Assembly: GCF_020745735.1 (NCBI RefSeq)
Contig: NC_083438.1
Location: 32,424,443 to 32,488,442 of the forward strand
Length of the DNA stretch: 64,000 nucleotides
Direction of reading: 5' to 3'
Origin: Hemiscyllium ocellatum
Lineage: Eukaryota
Part shown: piece by piece, positions 47,473-60,383 of the stretch
Layout of the letters: each line of letters begins with the position of its first letter
How positions within the stretch are numbered: position 1 is the stretch's first letter
Position numbers and translations under genes: made by a program
Notes under the pieces: generated by a model
Database searches by the model: none
What the model was told of the DNA's origin: nothing
Seen by the model: the letters and a program-made list of their open reading frames with translations, nothing else

Positions 47473-48080
47473 TGTTAAAAATAAGAATTTGAGACGCCCC
47501 AGGGAATCCCTTGTGGACTCAAACCGTAAGCCTCTCTTGGTTCGTCCCGGAGATTGTACTCTATGGTAGCCTGGAATAAAAACATCCTTTTACAGACAGT
47601 TTAGTTTAATTTTAGTCATCCCGTTTATTTACTAATAGCGTCACTGTTCCAACAGAACGCTGATACCTGTAGGCCAGTCTAACTGGATTCTAATAACCCA
47701 GAAGGGGAGGAGATCAGCACTTCGAGAGCACTGGCAGGATACTCTGTTGTACTATCAAAACCAGGGTTCATTTATATAAAAAGTTTACAAAAGCTGCACT
47801 ATCACAAACAGGCTTTCTTTATACAAAAAGTTAAAAGCACCACATGTTCTGAACTAGACAGATAACAGTGAAGGAGAGAAGTTAATTGATTCCGAGTTTC
47901 GTTTTGAGGTCAGAATCAAACACTTATTAATTTCACAAAGGAATAGCTGTGAATGTTATCACTTGGTGTCTTGTTTATACAAATTCACTGATGTTAAGGC
48001 AAATGTTTTTAATTGCCTAACCCTCCCTGCCTGTCTATTTTCTCGTGTGCAGCAAATGTTTTCAATAATTCAACATTACA
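47473..48080 (-). mobile_element. 5' LTR of the ERV (far boundary uncertain)
   Basis: TG..CA termini, TATA-like element at about 47775 and AATAAA at 47624-47629 on minus, directly followed by the PBS. Confidence 0.55.
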
Positions 48081-48639
48081 TTTTAGTCTAAATGTTTAAG
48101 GACAAGGTTTAAGGCTATAAACTTTCTCACTAGTTGTCATAATCTTTCTAGCCCCTGACCTGCTCTTGTAGCCACTATGAGTCCATAGAATCATACAGCA
48201 TGGAAACAGACCCTTCAGTCTAACTAGTCCATGCTGAACATAATCCTAAACTGAACTAGTCTCAACTTGCCTGCTGCTGGCCTGTGTCCCATTCTTTCCT
48301 ATTCATGTACGTATCCAAATGTTTTTAAATGTTGTAATTGTACCCACATCCTCAGGGAGTTCATCCCACACTCAAACCACTATCCTGTGTAAAAAATATG
48401 CCTCTCATGTCTTTTATATATACCCTCTCACCTTAAAATTATGCCCCCAAGTCTTGAGATCCCCATCCTTGGGGAAAGGACAACTACCATTAACTCTATA
48501 TACCTCTCATTATTTTATAAACTTCTGTCAGGTCACCTCTCACCAGCAACACTCCAGTGAAAAAAGTCCCAGCCTTTCCAGAACTCAAACCTTCCATACC
48601 CGGCAACATCCTGGTAAATCTTTTCTGAACCCTCCCTAC

Positions 48640-49010
48640 CTTTCTGGATGTAGGTTTGCCTGCTGAGCTGGAAGGTTAATTTTCAGACATTTCGTCACCA
48701 TACATTTCGTCACTTCAGTGAGTCTCTGGACGAAGCACTGCTGATGTTTCCTGCTTTCTGTTTATAGAAAGTTTGGGATTCTTTGGGTTGGTGATGTCAT
48801 TCCCCATTTACATCGACTAGCCACAAAATGACATGACCCTCTCTCACCAGTATCCTTACGTACAGATAAGGAAGGACACCACTTCGACTGGGACAACATC
48901 CATTCTAGGACAAGCCAAACAGAGACACGCACAAGAATTCCTAGAAGCGTGGCATTCCAACCGGAACTCTAATCAATAAACACACTTGACTTTGACCCCA
49001 TCTGAGACTT
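48640..49010. mobile_element. Penelope-like fragment (GIY-YIG C-terminus plus inverted terminal piece)
   Basis: GQAKQRHAQEFLEAWHSNRNS resembles the PLE REFLEAWHS motif. Confidence 0.65.
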
Positions 49011-52000
49011 TAACCTAATATTTACCTAAAAGCCCATGAATAAAGTCGGCCGATCTGCTCTAGTCCTCGCCCACATTTTGTGTGAGCCTGCTGTGACTGC
49101 TTGTGGCAAGGGCCAACTTTAAAACATCTACATTCACTTATATCACAGGCTCCCGATGACTTTAGAAAGCCCTGTAATCCTGAAGGGCGCTATAGAAATG
49201 CAGGCTGTTGTTGTTGTTGGAATTGCTCCAAGCTCTCCCTACAATACCACGCTCTGCTCACATGTTGGCGATGTTAGTGAAAGTTGTCCACTTGTGGTGG
49301 ACAGCACTGGCTTTACCCTTCACGACAGGAACCAGACTCTCGGTCTATTTCTCTGAACCGCCTTTAATACAGGAACCAGATTCTGAGTCTATCTGGCCTC
49401 TCGTTCGTTACTTTTCAGTTCCTCTGCTCCTGATATCCAGGCAACTTTGAAGGTTTTCCCCCAGAGTGACTGGACTGAACAATCTCCAGGGAGGAATGGA
49501 GGGCACTTATTCCACAATTAAAACCTCTGATATCCTGTATCTCAGATGTATGGACCCATCACCCTGTGATTCTCACTGACATACTTTGTCTCCAACTGTT
49601 GTGCTTTTCCAGCACCATTCTAATCTAGACTCTTGATTTGAAATATTGAGATAACGGGAATATTTAAATAATGGGATTCTGCTGATGGATTGAGATGTCC
49701 ATTTTCTGTGGGAGGCACCAGTAAAAGATAGACCAATCCCAGCTGATGTTGGAAAAGGTGGACCTGATACCAGTCTCTGTCCTTTGATCCCAGTGCAGTG
49801 ACTCCTGGGTGGAATTGACCTGAACAGTGAGTCCAGAGGAACTGGTGACTTAGTGTTCAAGCAGTGGGAGTCCAAGCCTCATAACTGCCCCCAACCCCCT
49901 TGCACACATTCCAAACCCACTGATTCAGCTGCTCAAGAGAATTCTCAAATATCATGTTCTATATTCATGATGGGAAAGATCATGGAAAGCAGTACATTTT
50001 ATAGAACATTTAAACAGTAGAAAATGGAACTTTCTCCCACCAATTACCAGTGATTTTTTTTGTTTAGTGCAGGGAGTAACAATGATCGTCAGGAACAATT
50101 TAAAAAAACCACCACTGGTGGCCACAGGACCATTTTGAGTTGATCAACTTTAACTAACTTGACTGGGTGAAACACACAGATTTCTGATTGTGAAATGTCC
50201 CACACAGATGTTGATATTACCTTCCCAGGAAGTTTCAGTGCAGTTTAAGGACCCGTCCCTAAATAGCTGGTGGCTTGTTCTAAGTTTCTGGTTAATGAGG
50301 ATCATTGACCATAGTAATCTAATCTAATTGACTGGTAAAAACAAATGACAAGAGCACCTCCTTCAAAACAAAAAGCCTCAGAAAACAAATCTGAAGGAAA
50401 CGTACAAACGTTCTGACATTGTGACTTTGTTTCCTGTAACCATCAGGTCCCTCCAGTGCCCACTGGTCACAGAAAGCTGCAGTGAACCAGCAGACATTGT
50501 GTGTTTCCCACAGTGTTCAGTTCCTCCGGCTGTTCCAATCCCTGGGAAATGCTGGTTTGTACAGCCCCATGCTCCACCACTCAATGACTCGGGGCTGTTA
50601 CTTATGCTCAGATTTTCCACTGTGTCCAATCCACCCACATTAACACACTTCGCAATAATGTTCTGAATTTTACTCAATGCGTGTGCATGGAAGGTGCAGG
50701 ACAGAGTCTGAGCCACTGTCTTCCAGAGTCCAGATAAAACAAAGGACCACTTTCTCCGAGAAGGTCAAGTTTGAATCTCGTGTTTCTGAATCACAGGCAA
50801 TTACTGACCTGATTTTACTGTGGAGGCACCAACTCTACCCAGACCGGAGGGATTCAGGAATAAGGTTCACCATAAACTGGAGGGTGAGTACAGATGGATA
50901 ATAAATGGAGCCATGACACCCAAACTCTGAATAAATTATTCTGAACCTATGTGTTATTCACAGGGACCCAGAACCTAGGAGTAGGAATGGGTCATATTTG
51001 AGCCTGCTCCACCATTCAATAAGATCCTGGCTGGTCTGGGTGTGGTCTCAGCTCCACTTTCCTGACTGTCCCCCTCACAGCACTGGGCTCCGTTGTCTAT
51101 TAAAAATCAACCGAACCTGCCTTAGATCAATTCAATGGCCCAGCCTCCACTACTTTCTGGGTAAGAGAATTCCACAGACTCATAACTTGTGCAGAGGGAA
51201 CATGCCTCTTTATTCTCCTAACAAAAGGGAGACCTCAGTCTTAAACTGTGTGCTCTAGTCCTAGTCTCCTTGAACAGAGGAAACATCCTCCCAGTATCTG
51301 GTCCACTCAGTGTCTTCTGTATTATTCCAATAATCTCACCTTTCATTCTTCTAAACTCCACTCAGTACAAACCCAACCGACTCAGTCTTTCCTTCATCCC
51401 AGGAATGAACCTTCTCTGAACTGCAGTTATATCCTTTTACAAATAAGGCCCGCAAACTGGTTTGAGTTTATTTGATTTGGTGTTTATTGCCAGGTACAGG
51501 AGTACAGTGAAAAGTGTCCAACGCCATCATTCCTGGCACTATCTTTGAGACAAAAATAGAAAAACAAAGAAATAGGTTTTAAAATAATTCCATACAACTG
51601 CATAAAAGCAGAAAAATGAAAAAATAAGTTTTAAAAAGTTCCACACTAGGACATAAAAACAAAGAAATAAATTTAAGAAGTCAAGCATTACAATCCTTCC
51701 CTAAGCCATGGGACTGCAGATGCTCCAAGGTGGGCTTTAGCTCAATAACTAGGAAACAACTAGGAAAGCAAATGATTCGTTACAAGGGAGTTGGAGAGTG
51801 AGGACATCTTGCTGCAGTGATGTAAGGCTCTGGTGAAACCACATCTTGAGTACTGTGTTACACTTCAGGTCTCCCTACTCAAAGAAGGATCCTGAGACAG
51901 GGTTGTACAAGGACAGTGTTTCCTGGGATGAAAGGGCTGTTCTGTGAAGACAGATTGAATGGAATGGGTCTATATTCTCGAGATTTTATAAGAATGAGAG

Positions 52001-53109
52001 AGAATCCCATTGAAACTCATATGTTTAACTTCCCAAGCTTTTTCCCACCACGATCCCATTTTGACTTTGGACAACTGACATCACGCTGGGATGATTGGGA
52101 ATGGAATTGGAAAGGAAGCATCGATTCCTGCTCACCACACCTTGATTGGGATGGGGGTGGGAGGGAACAAAGGTTGAGTGAGGTGAGAACTGACGAAAAG
52201 TCAAGGTTTAGACCAAAACACAAACCCTGACCTCTTCACCGGCTTTGTTTTTGCAGCAGGGATTGGGCCTGAGAGATCAACTCATTAGGATCCCCTCTCC
52301 CTTCATCTCCCCCACCTACCCAGAGAAAAGCTGTGAGGATTGGAAGGGACTTTGTGCGATTAGCACTCAGTCCATCCTCATGGCAGCCATTCCTGCCTCA
52401 CAGCTCACCGCCCTCAACTCTCAGTTTGTGATCCCACAGGGAGGGGCATAGGATTTGGAAGGGACAGCCTTGTCCCAGGAGGTTTGACAGGGTCAATGCT
52501 GATAAGCTGGTGCCCCTGGCAGGAGAGTCTACAACCCAAGGTCCCAGCCTCAGGATAAGGGACTGGCCAATTGCAGAATGAGATGAGGGAAAGAATTCCT
52601 CACCCAGAGGCCTGTGGACCTTTGGAGTTCTCACCCCCATAGAGCTGTGAATGCTCAGTTACTGAGGTGATTAACGACGGAGATCCATCAATTCTTGGAC
52701 ACTGGGAGGGCACGAAACTGGAGACGGGGTCGAACATCACCGATGGGGAAGGTTGGAGGAGCGGAATGATGTATTCCTGCTCCTGTTTGTGAAGTTCATA
52801 TCCATGGAACATTCTGGAAGTTACTATCTCACACACCAGCACAAAGTGTGATCAATGATCTACATGGTGAAAGGTGGTCCTCTTTGTTCCTGAGACTGTG
52901 TTTGGAAACAGTCTGCAGAAGTAAGGCGGAGAAATGAAACTGATTGTCAGACATCTCAGTTTCTCCAGGGGGTTTCATTGGGAATGCTCGGCTGAGCTCC
53001 AAGAGCCACCAATTGATGGAGCTCAGGCCAGGGTTTGTTTTGACAGGTTGAAGTGAAGTGTATGTTTTTCATTGATCTTTGATATGCTGTTTCAGCATCT
53101 GTAGGTGCA

Positions 53110-54980
53110 TTTGGACAGGTTTAAGAGTCATAGAGATGTACAGCATGGAAACAGATCCCTCGGTCCAACCTGTCCATGCCGACCAGATATCCCAACCCAA
53201 TCTATTCCCAGCTGCCAGCATCCAACCCATATCCCTCCAAACCCTACATATTCATATACCCATCCAAATGCCTCTTAAATGTTCCAATTGTACCAGCCTC
53301 CACCACATCCTCTGGCAGCTCATTCCATACACGTACCACCCTTTGCGTGAAAAAGTTGCCCCTTAGGTCTTTTTTAAATCTTTCCCCTCTCACCCTAAAC
53401 TTATGCCCTCTAGTTCTGGACTCCCCGATCCCAGGGAAAACAGCCCCAGCCTGTTCAGCCTCTCCCTCTAACTCAAATCCTCCAACGCTGGCAACATCCT
53501 TGTAAATCTTTTCTGAACCCTTTCAAGTTTCACAACATCTTTCCGATAGGAAGACCAGAATTGCACGCAATATTCCAACAGTGGCCTAACCAATGTCCTG
53601 TACAGCCGCAACATGACCTCCCAACTCCTGTACTCAATACTCTGACCAATAAAGGAAAGCATACCAAACGCCTTCTTCACTATCCTATCTACCTGCGACT
53701 CCACTTTTAAGGAGCTATGAACCTGCACTCCAAGGTCTCTTTGTTCAGCAACACTCCCTAGGACTTTACCATTAAGTGTATAAGTCCTGCTAAGATTTGT
53801 TTTCCCAAAATACAGCACTTCACATTTATCTGAATTAAACTCCATCTGCCACTTCTCAGCCCATTGGCCCATCTGGTCCAGATCCTGTTGTAATCTGAGG
53901 TAACCCTCTTCACTGTCCACTGCACCTCCAACTTTAGTGTCATCTGCAAACTTACTAACTATACCTGCTATGTTCACATCCAAATCATTTATGTAAATAA
54001 GAAAACGTAGAGGGCCCAGCACTGATCCTTGTGTGCAATTCACAGGCCTCCAGTCTGAAAAACAACCCTCCACCACCACTCTCTGTCTTCTACCTTTGAG
54101 CCAGTTCTGTATCCAAATGGCTAGTTTTCCTGTTATTCCATGAGATCTAACCTTGCTAATCAGTCTCCCATGGGGAACCTTGTCGAACGCCTTACTGAAT
54201 TCCATATAGATCACATCTACTGCTCTGCCCTCATCAATCTTTTTTGTTACTTCTTCAAAAAGCTCAATCAAGTTTGTGCGACATGATTCCCCATGCACAA
54301 AACCATGTTGACCATCCCTAATCAGTCTTTGCCTTTCCAAATACATGTACATCCTGTCCCTCAGGATTCCCTGCAACAACTTGCCCACCACTGAGGTCAG
54401 GCTCACCGGTCTATAATTCCCTTGTTTTTACCGTCGGCTTGTCTTTACCGTCCTTCTTAAACAGTGGCACCATGTTTGCTAACCTCCAGTCTTCCGGCAT
54501 CTGACCTGTGACTATGAATGATACAAATATCTCAGCAAGAGGCCCAGCAATCACTTCTCTAGCTTCCCACAGAGTTCTCGGGTACACCTGATCGGGTCCT
54601 GGAGATTTATCCACTTTTCAAGATATCCAGCACTCCCTCCTCCGTAATCTGGACATTTTGCAAGGTGTCACCAATTATTTTCCTACAGTCTATATCTTCC
54701 ATATCCTTTTCCACAGTAAATACTGTTGCAAAATATTCATTTAGTATCTCCCCCTTTTTCTGTGGCTCCACACAAAGGCCGCCTTGCTGATCTTTGAGGG
54801 GCCCTATTCTCTCCCTAGTTACCCTTTTGTCCTTAATATATTTGTAAAAACCCTTTGGATTCTCCTTAATTCTATTTGCCAAAACTATCTCATGTCCCCT
54901 TTTTGCCCTCCTGATTTCCCTCTTAAGTAAACTCCTACTTCCTTTATAGTCTTCTAAGGATTCACTCGATCTATCCTGTC
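53110..54980 (-). mobile_element. CR1-type LINE ORF2 (RT) with internal deletions
   Basis: ORFs 53468-54406, 54411-54614 and 54607-54882 carry FSKAFDKVPHG, FADDTK and KSPGPD. Confidence 0.92.
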
Positions 54981-55370
54981 TATATGCGAGGGTGTGAAAT
55001 GATGGAAAGCTGCTGACATTAGACAGGTAGAACTTTTTTCAAAACTGATGTCTAATTCTTTTCAATCTGCATTGAAACTTGACATCACTAGAGCTGGCGA
55101 ATTGATTCAGTACAGAGTGTGGACTGGGCTGAGCAGGACAGAGCAGGCATGGGGAATAGCTTTCAAACTTCAGGTTTCTGAATGCAGGCTAGAGTTCACA
55201 ACTCCCATCAACTATCAATCATCGAAGGGTTGGCCCAACTTGACAAACAATCCATGGGGTTGGAGATAATGACCCCCTCCTGTGAAGATGGCCAAGTGGT
55301 GAGTGCAGGGAGCAGGATTAAACATTGCTGGAATCATCGGAATCAAGGAATCGGATCTCACCAGCCATTT

Positions 55371-55713
55371 TTAATGGCCCCCAGAGTGGATCTGAGTTTC
55401 TGAAAACCGACGCCGAACTTTACGGGATTGTGTTGGTGGCCAGGACTTGGGCCTTGGGTTGTCATCGCTGATCCCAGCCTCTCCGTGGATATTCACTGAG
55501 CAGCTCATGGAAAGAGCTGATTGTTCCCTCAGTGACTCGGTCACAGGGTTAGAGTAACTCATGGGGGTTTCATCGACAGCTCCAGCCCCCAGAGGGGCTC
55601 GTTCTCCAGCCGCTCCATCCTGATGATCGGCTGATGTTGGACAAAGTGCTTCCCCTTCACTCGGATGAGACACATCTCTCAAAGGGATTTGTGCAGGTCG
55701 TCTGTTTGTATTC
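55371..55713 (-). CDS. Gene D long cytoplasmic-tail exon (about 114 aa)
   Basis: gatttttcttctag|G acceptor, phase 2; WNTNRRPAQIPLRDVSHPSEGEALCPTSADHQDGAAGE..PMSYSNP..RRRFSETQIHSGGH*; shares the PLR and HQDGAAGE blocks with the other tails. Confidence 0.78.
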
Positions 55714-56497
55714 CTAGAAGAAAAATCAACAAGAATTCATGTTACATTTGAACACGTGTGTAAAGGAACTGTTCAGGAGCACAGACCCATTAAATCACCC
55801 TCAACATCCTGGGGACCAATGGCAGCTGGAAAATGGGTGACAGGAGCTGCACGGTGATGGAGCACAGAGTGTAGAGGAGAGGAGGCTTATAGGGGAGGCA
55901 ATGGGCAAGAGCTGGGCACTGCACAGGAGCTGTGCTGACTGACAGAGAAGTGAGAGAACCCTGCAATTAGGGGCTGTGGGAGGTTACTGAGTATGGTTTT
56001 CAAGGTGAGCTGCTGGCATGGATTGAGGATTGGCTGTCTGACAGAAGGCAGAGAGTTGGGATAAAAGGTTCTCTTTCAGAATGGCAGCTCGTGACAAGTG
56101 GTGCCTCGCAGGGTTCAGTACTGGGGCTGCAGCTGTTCACTATAGAAATTACTGATCTGGATGAACTGGGGGCATTCTGGCTAATGATATGAAGTTGGGT
56201 GGACAGGCAGGTGGTTCACCTAATCCAATAGTTAATAGTTCTTAATAGATCTTAATAGTTCCTCCTCCCACAGTGAAGGGTGCATGTGGGGAGCACAGGG
56301 ATGTGAATGTTGAGGAAAACAAGGAAATCTGAAAGGGTATTCCCAGTGACTGATGCATCTGATGCCTAGGATAAAGGGGAGCTTTGAAAATCCTGGAGGC
56401 AACAGAGCATTTATTTAGCAGCTTTAACACAGAATATAGGAGAGGTAAAACACAATCTGACCCTGAGTGACACACAGGAATTTAAGAATGAGGTATA

Positions 56498-57039
56498 CAG
56501 GCAGCCCCTGCTTTTCGAATGTTCACTTTATGCCAATGTGCTTTTACCAGAGACCGACATTGGGACCTGTTTTTGCGAACTGAAAGAGGATTTTCGGCTT
56601 TTACAAAAAAGCACACACAACTCCTTCCCCGAACGTATTAATAGATGACCCTCTTCCTCTTTCTCCTGCACCCCAGTCTCCCACCTACCCCAACCTCAGA
56701 CCTCTCAGTCTAACATACCATCATCATCATCATCATCACCAGCTCTCAGCCTTCCAGTGTGCTCACTGCGTTTCCTCAGTCTGGTGAATGAAACTACACT
56801 GTACATACATCATTTCCTCTTTCTGCAGGCTGTGTATTTATTGTATCATTGCTGCTTTTTCTATACGTTGGTGTTGTTTTAGGTTTTGTGTGCTATTTGG
56901 TATGACTTGGTTGGGTATTTTTGGGTGTGGGAACTGAAAAGGATTTCCCATATAAATTACTGCTTCTTTGCTTGACGCCATTTCAGCTTACGAAAGGTTT
57001 CATAGGAACACTCTGCTTTCGGACAGTGAGGGATACCTG
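56498..57039. mobile_element. Non-autonomous Tc1/mariner (Tigger/pogo-like) DNA transposon
   Basis: TA|CAGGCAGCCCCTGCTTTTCGAA...TTCGGACAGTGAGGGATACCTG|TA: imperfect TIRs and a TA target duplication. Confidence 0.7.
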
Positions 57040-57979
57040 TACCTTAACAGCCAGCTTCAATGAGCACAGGATGGGTGGGGCTGAGGGCCCATTGACCCCA
57101 GTGTTCAACAGAATGACATTCCCATAAACCCAAACACCATCCAGTCTTTACGAAAGGGACCAAGACCGTACACAGCTCTCCCAAATCCAAGAGAAACTGC
57201 AGCACATCTCTTTCCTCTGACCCATTTGCAATAAAGCCAACCATCCCATTTACCTCCCTCATCCTACCTGTAATTTGGAGATTTATCTACAAATTCCTCT
57301 GAATGACATTCACTGGCCTTTCTCCTTGTAAAAATATTCTTCTTTTCTATTCACACTTCACTTTTTTTAAAAAACACAAACGACTGCAGTTATTATCCAT
57401 ATATTTCTCCAGCGTATTCCTGTTTGCAGCCTCTGTATCCCCCTCACAGCTTACAAAGCTCCGTGGGAAAGTATCAGTAGCAAACTGGGACAATCCCACT
57501 CTATCCCCCCATCTCAGTCACTGATATAGATTGTGAGTCACTGAGGTCCCAGCACTGATCCTTGCAGCACCAGTTACATCCTGACAACTGACAATGACCC
57601 ATTTGTTCCTGCTCTGTTCCTGTCCATTAACCAATCCTCAATCCATGCTATATCACCCCCCAGTCCCCTGGGCCCTCATCTTGTACAACAACCTATTGTG
57701 TGGCACCTTCTCAAATACCTCCTGAAATTCCCAATATATGCCCCATCCTCTGGTTCTCCAGTGGGATAATATTTGCTCCTTTCCAATCCATGGGGACTGT
57801 TCAGCAGCGAGAGGATGACAAGCTGGAAGTGACTGGATGATGCTGCTCAATGACAGGCTGGATTGAAGCATCCTCACAGCTCAGGGAATGGACAGGGACA
57901 GAGCTCAGCAACATTTCACACAATGTTATACAAAGATCAAAGGGTTACCATGGAAACAGTGCAACATTCCAGAACTCAC

Positions 57980-58082
57980 CATCTTTGTCGCTTTAGGACA
58001 ATGTAACCCACAATTCCAACAACAAAAACAGTACCAATCCCGATTCCCAATCCAACTCTTGCTCCAGTGGAGAGTCCAGGAC
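57980..58082 (-). CDS. Gene D transmembrane exon (GPGLSTGARVGLGIGIGTVFVVGIVGYIVLKRQR)
   Basis: tctctag|GT acceptor and TG|gtgagt donor; 103 nt. Confidence 0.85.
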
Positions 58083-58266
58083 CTAGAGACAGAATGAAGC
58101 CATTAACAGACTGGGACACACAAACAAAACTAACAGCAGAGACCTTCAGCACCTAGTGATTCAGAACCAGCCCCAGTACAAACAGATCCCTGGGTAATTC
58201 TAGTCCTGGAGGGATGTGGGAGGTTAGATCCCAATAATCTCACACACCAGACCACCCCACAGCTCC

Positions 58267-58303
<37 letters not shown>

Positions 58304-58949
58304 GATTGATACATGCTTCCCAATAGCAAGAACTGGACACTGACCAGCAGCAGTTTCCTTTCAGTTAAACACAACAGCAGGAGTGTGTAACTTACCAATT
58401 TGGAAAACCACGCAATTGGTGGAACATTGGTTGACACTGACTTCAACCAGCATTACTCCCAATTCCATCAGTTTCCCAACAGGAGAGTCCCATTCACATT
58501 GTACCGAGACTCTCCACACAGAATTCCAGAAACGCAGATTCAAGTGGGAAGCAGGAATCCTCAGAGTTCAGTATCTGAGGGACAGTAGGGGGAGTCTGAG
58601 AAACTGAAATAACAATTCCAGGGAGTTTAAGGACCAGTTCTAGGCAATGGTGACCCACATCACTCACTCTCACAGGGTCATTCTTTGCTGAAGTAACTGG
58701 ACTATAGCTGTCGGTAAACAGATATAAACCATTAGCATTTAGCACAATCACAATTATAAAATCCTCCTTTACACACACGGACAAAACAAGTGGGGAAAAT
58801 AGATTCCTAGCGGAAGTGGAGAAAGCTGGAAAGTGAGTCTAAGTATCATTCCTTCCTGATCCTGATTTGAGATCATCTTACTTGACATCATCAGTGTTTA
58901 ATTTCTAGAGAAAGAGAGTCTCTGATTGATCAATTCAAAAATCACCACT

Positions 58950-60345
58950 CACAGCACCAGCCGCAGGAAAGTAAATGGAAAGGTAAGTTTTATGTAAATA
59001 CACGTTTAAACTGAATGTTTACTGCAGAGAACAGACAGCGTCTGCAGAGAACAGCAGCACAATCTTCTGTCTCCTTTGTTCAGTGTGCCCGTGTTTCTGG
59101 GACTTGTTTTCCATTGCCCTCAAATTCAAAAGGGCTAGAAAATGGGAGAGTGAACGTAAGACAAGAGGTAAGAAATGGAGAGCTGGGAACACCCCAAGGC
59201 CTCCCCCTCAGACCAAAAAGAAAAGTACTGAAGGTGGAGGGTGCAAGCTAAGGTGTTTCCATGGTAACAAGGAAATTTGGAGGAAAGTTGGAGGTTCAAT
59301 GGGATAGATTAGAGTTTGTAAAAAGAAAGGAAACGAGTTGTAGATTTACTTACAATTCATGGCCAGAGGTAGACACTACGGTGAGTGCAGGATGGATGAG
59401 ACAATATGGAGGATTGTTATGTAAATACAAGGTAGCACCTTTTTCTTCAAAGGAAGACTCCAAGCCAGTCACTATTCTCACAGATACAGGAGCTACTTGA
59501 TGGAGAAGGATGAAGCCAAAGTGTTGGGAAATGGGATGGATGGAGAGTCTATCCCACTTGCCTTTGTCCAAAGTCCAACAGAAGTGTGACTCGGGTTGTC
59601 TGGACTCGTGGTAGTTGGGGCAGTTAAAAAAATTACCTGAAGACGGAATTGTTTTGCTCCTGGGGAATGGTTTGGCAGATGTGAGAGTCGCAGTTTTGCT
59701 TTTGATGACAGGAAGTCTAGTTGAGGCTTAAAAGACAGAACAGTAAGAGGAACAGATCCTGGGTATTTTCCAACATGGGGCGTGATCAGAGCAATTGCTA
59801 AACAAAGTCCACCACCAGAGGTCCCAGTAATTCCACACGCAGATGTTCGGGTCACTGAAGCTGTAGTTAAGAATGAGGATAATTCAAAGGATGTGTTGGA
59901 TATGTCTTTATGAACTTAGACCCAGGATGCAGAGCCAGACCTGAGTAAGACAGCACAGACAGATCCCACTGAGGCTGGAGTGTCAGTATATAGAAATTGA
60001 GTTCTGGGATGAGGACATGGAGACATCATCACAAACCTATGAATGACAAACAGATGGCTGGTCATCAAATACTGGTACCATCCGGATATCTGAGGGAAAT
60101 ATTGCGAATAGCACATGAAATTCCAAAAGCAGGGGATATAGGAATATAAGAAACAAAAACATCCAGCAACAAGTATTTTACAAGGGCCAGGACTTCATCA
60201 TGACATTGTGCAGTTCTGTAAAATATACCATACAGGTCAGGAGGTCAGGACATTTCAGCATGTAATCAGACCTGCCCATTTGATAGCCACACCAGGTTTT
60301 GAAGAACTTTATAGCCAAGTGTCAATGGACTGTGAGTGATCACAT
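58950..60345 (+). mobile_element. Gypsy-type LTR retrotransposon internal remnant (gag knuckle, protease, integrase N-terminus; RT region missing)
   Basis: KLRCFH knuckle remnant, KPVTILTDTGAT protease, GIVLLLGN, and integrase-like LREILRIAHE..PGLHHDIVQFCK..PAHLIATPGFEELYSQVSMDC. Confidence 0.75.
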
Positions 60346-60383
60346 TCATAATGATGGGAAAGACAGTATAATTACAGATACAT

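Noticed and set aside
50378-50901. Short ORFs at 50.4-50.9 kb
   Set aside because: No motifs or paralogs recognised; consistent with chance ORFs.
52250-52451. Candidate terminal exon after tttgtttttgcag
   Set aside because: No recognisable homology, no paralog and no upstream partner exon found.
58396-58707. Intact 312-nt phase 1-1 exon upstream of the gene D TM
   Set aside because: Four in-frame stops and no Ig motifs; the paralogous block in gene C lacks these splice sites.
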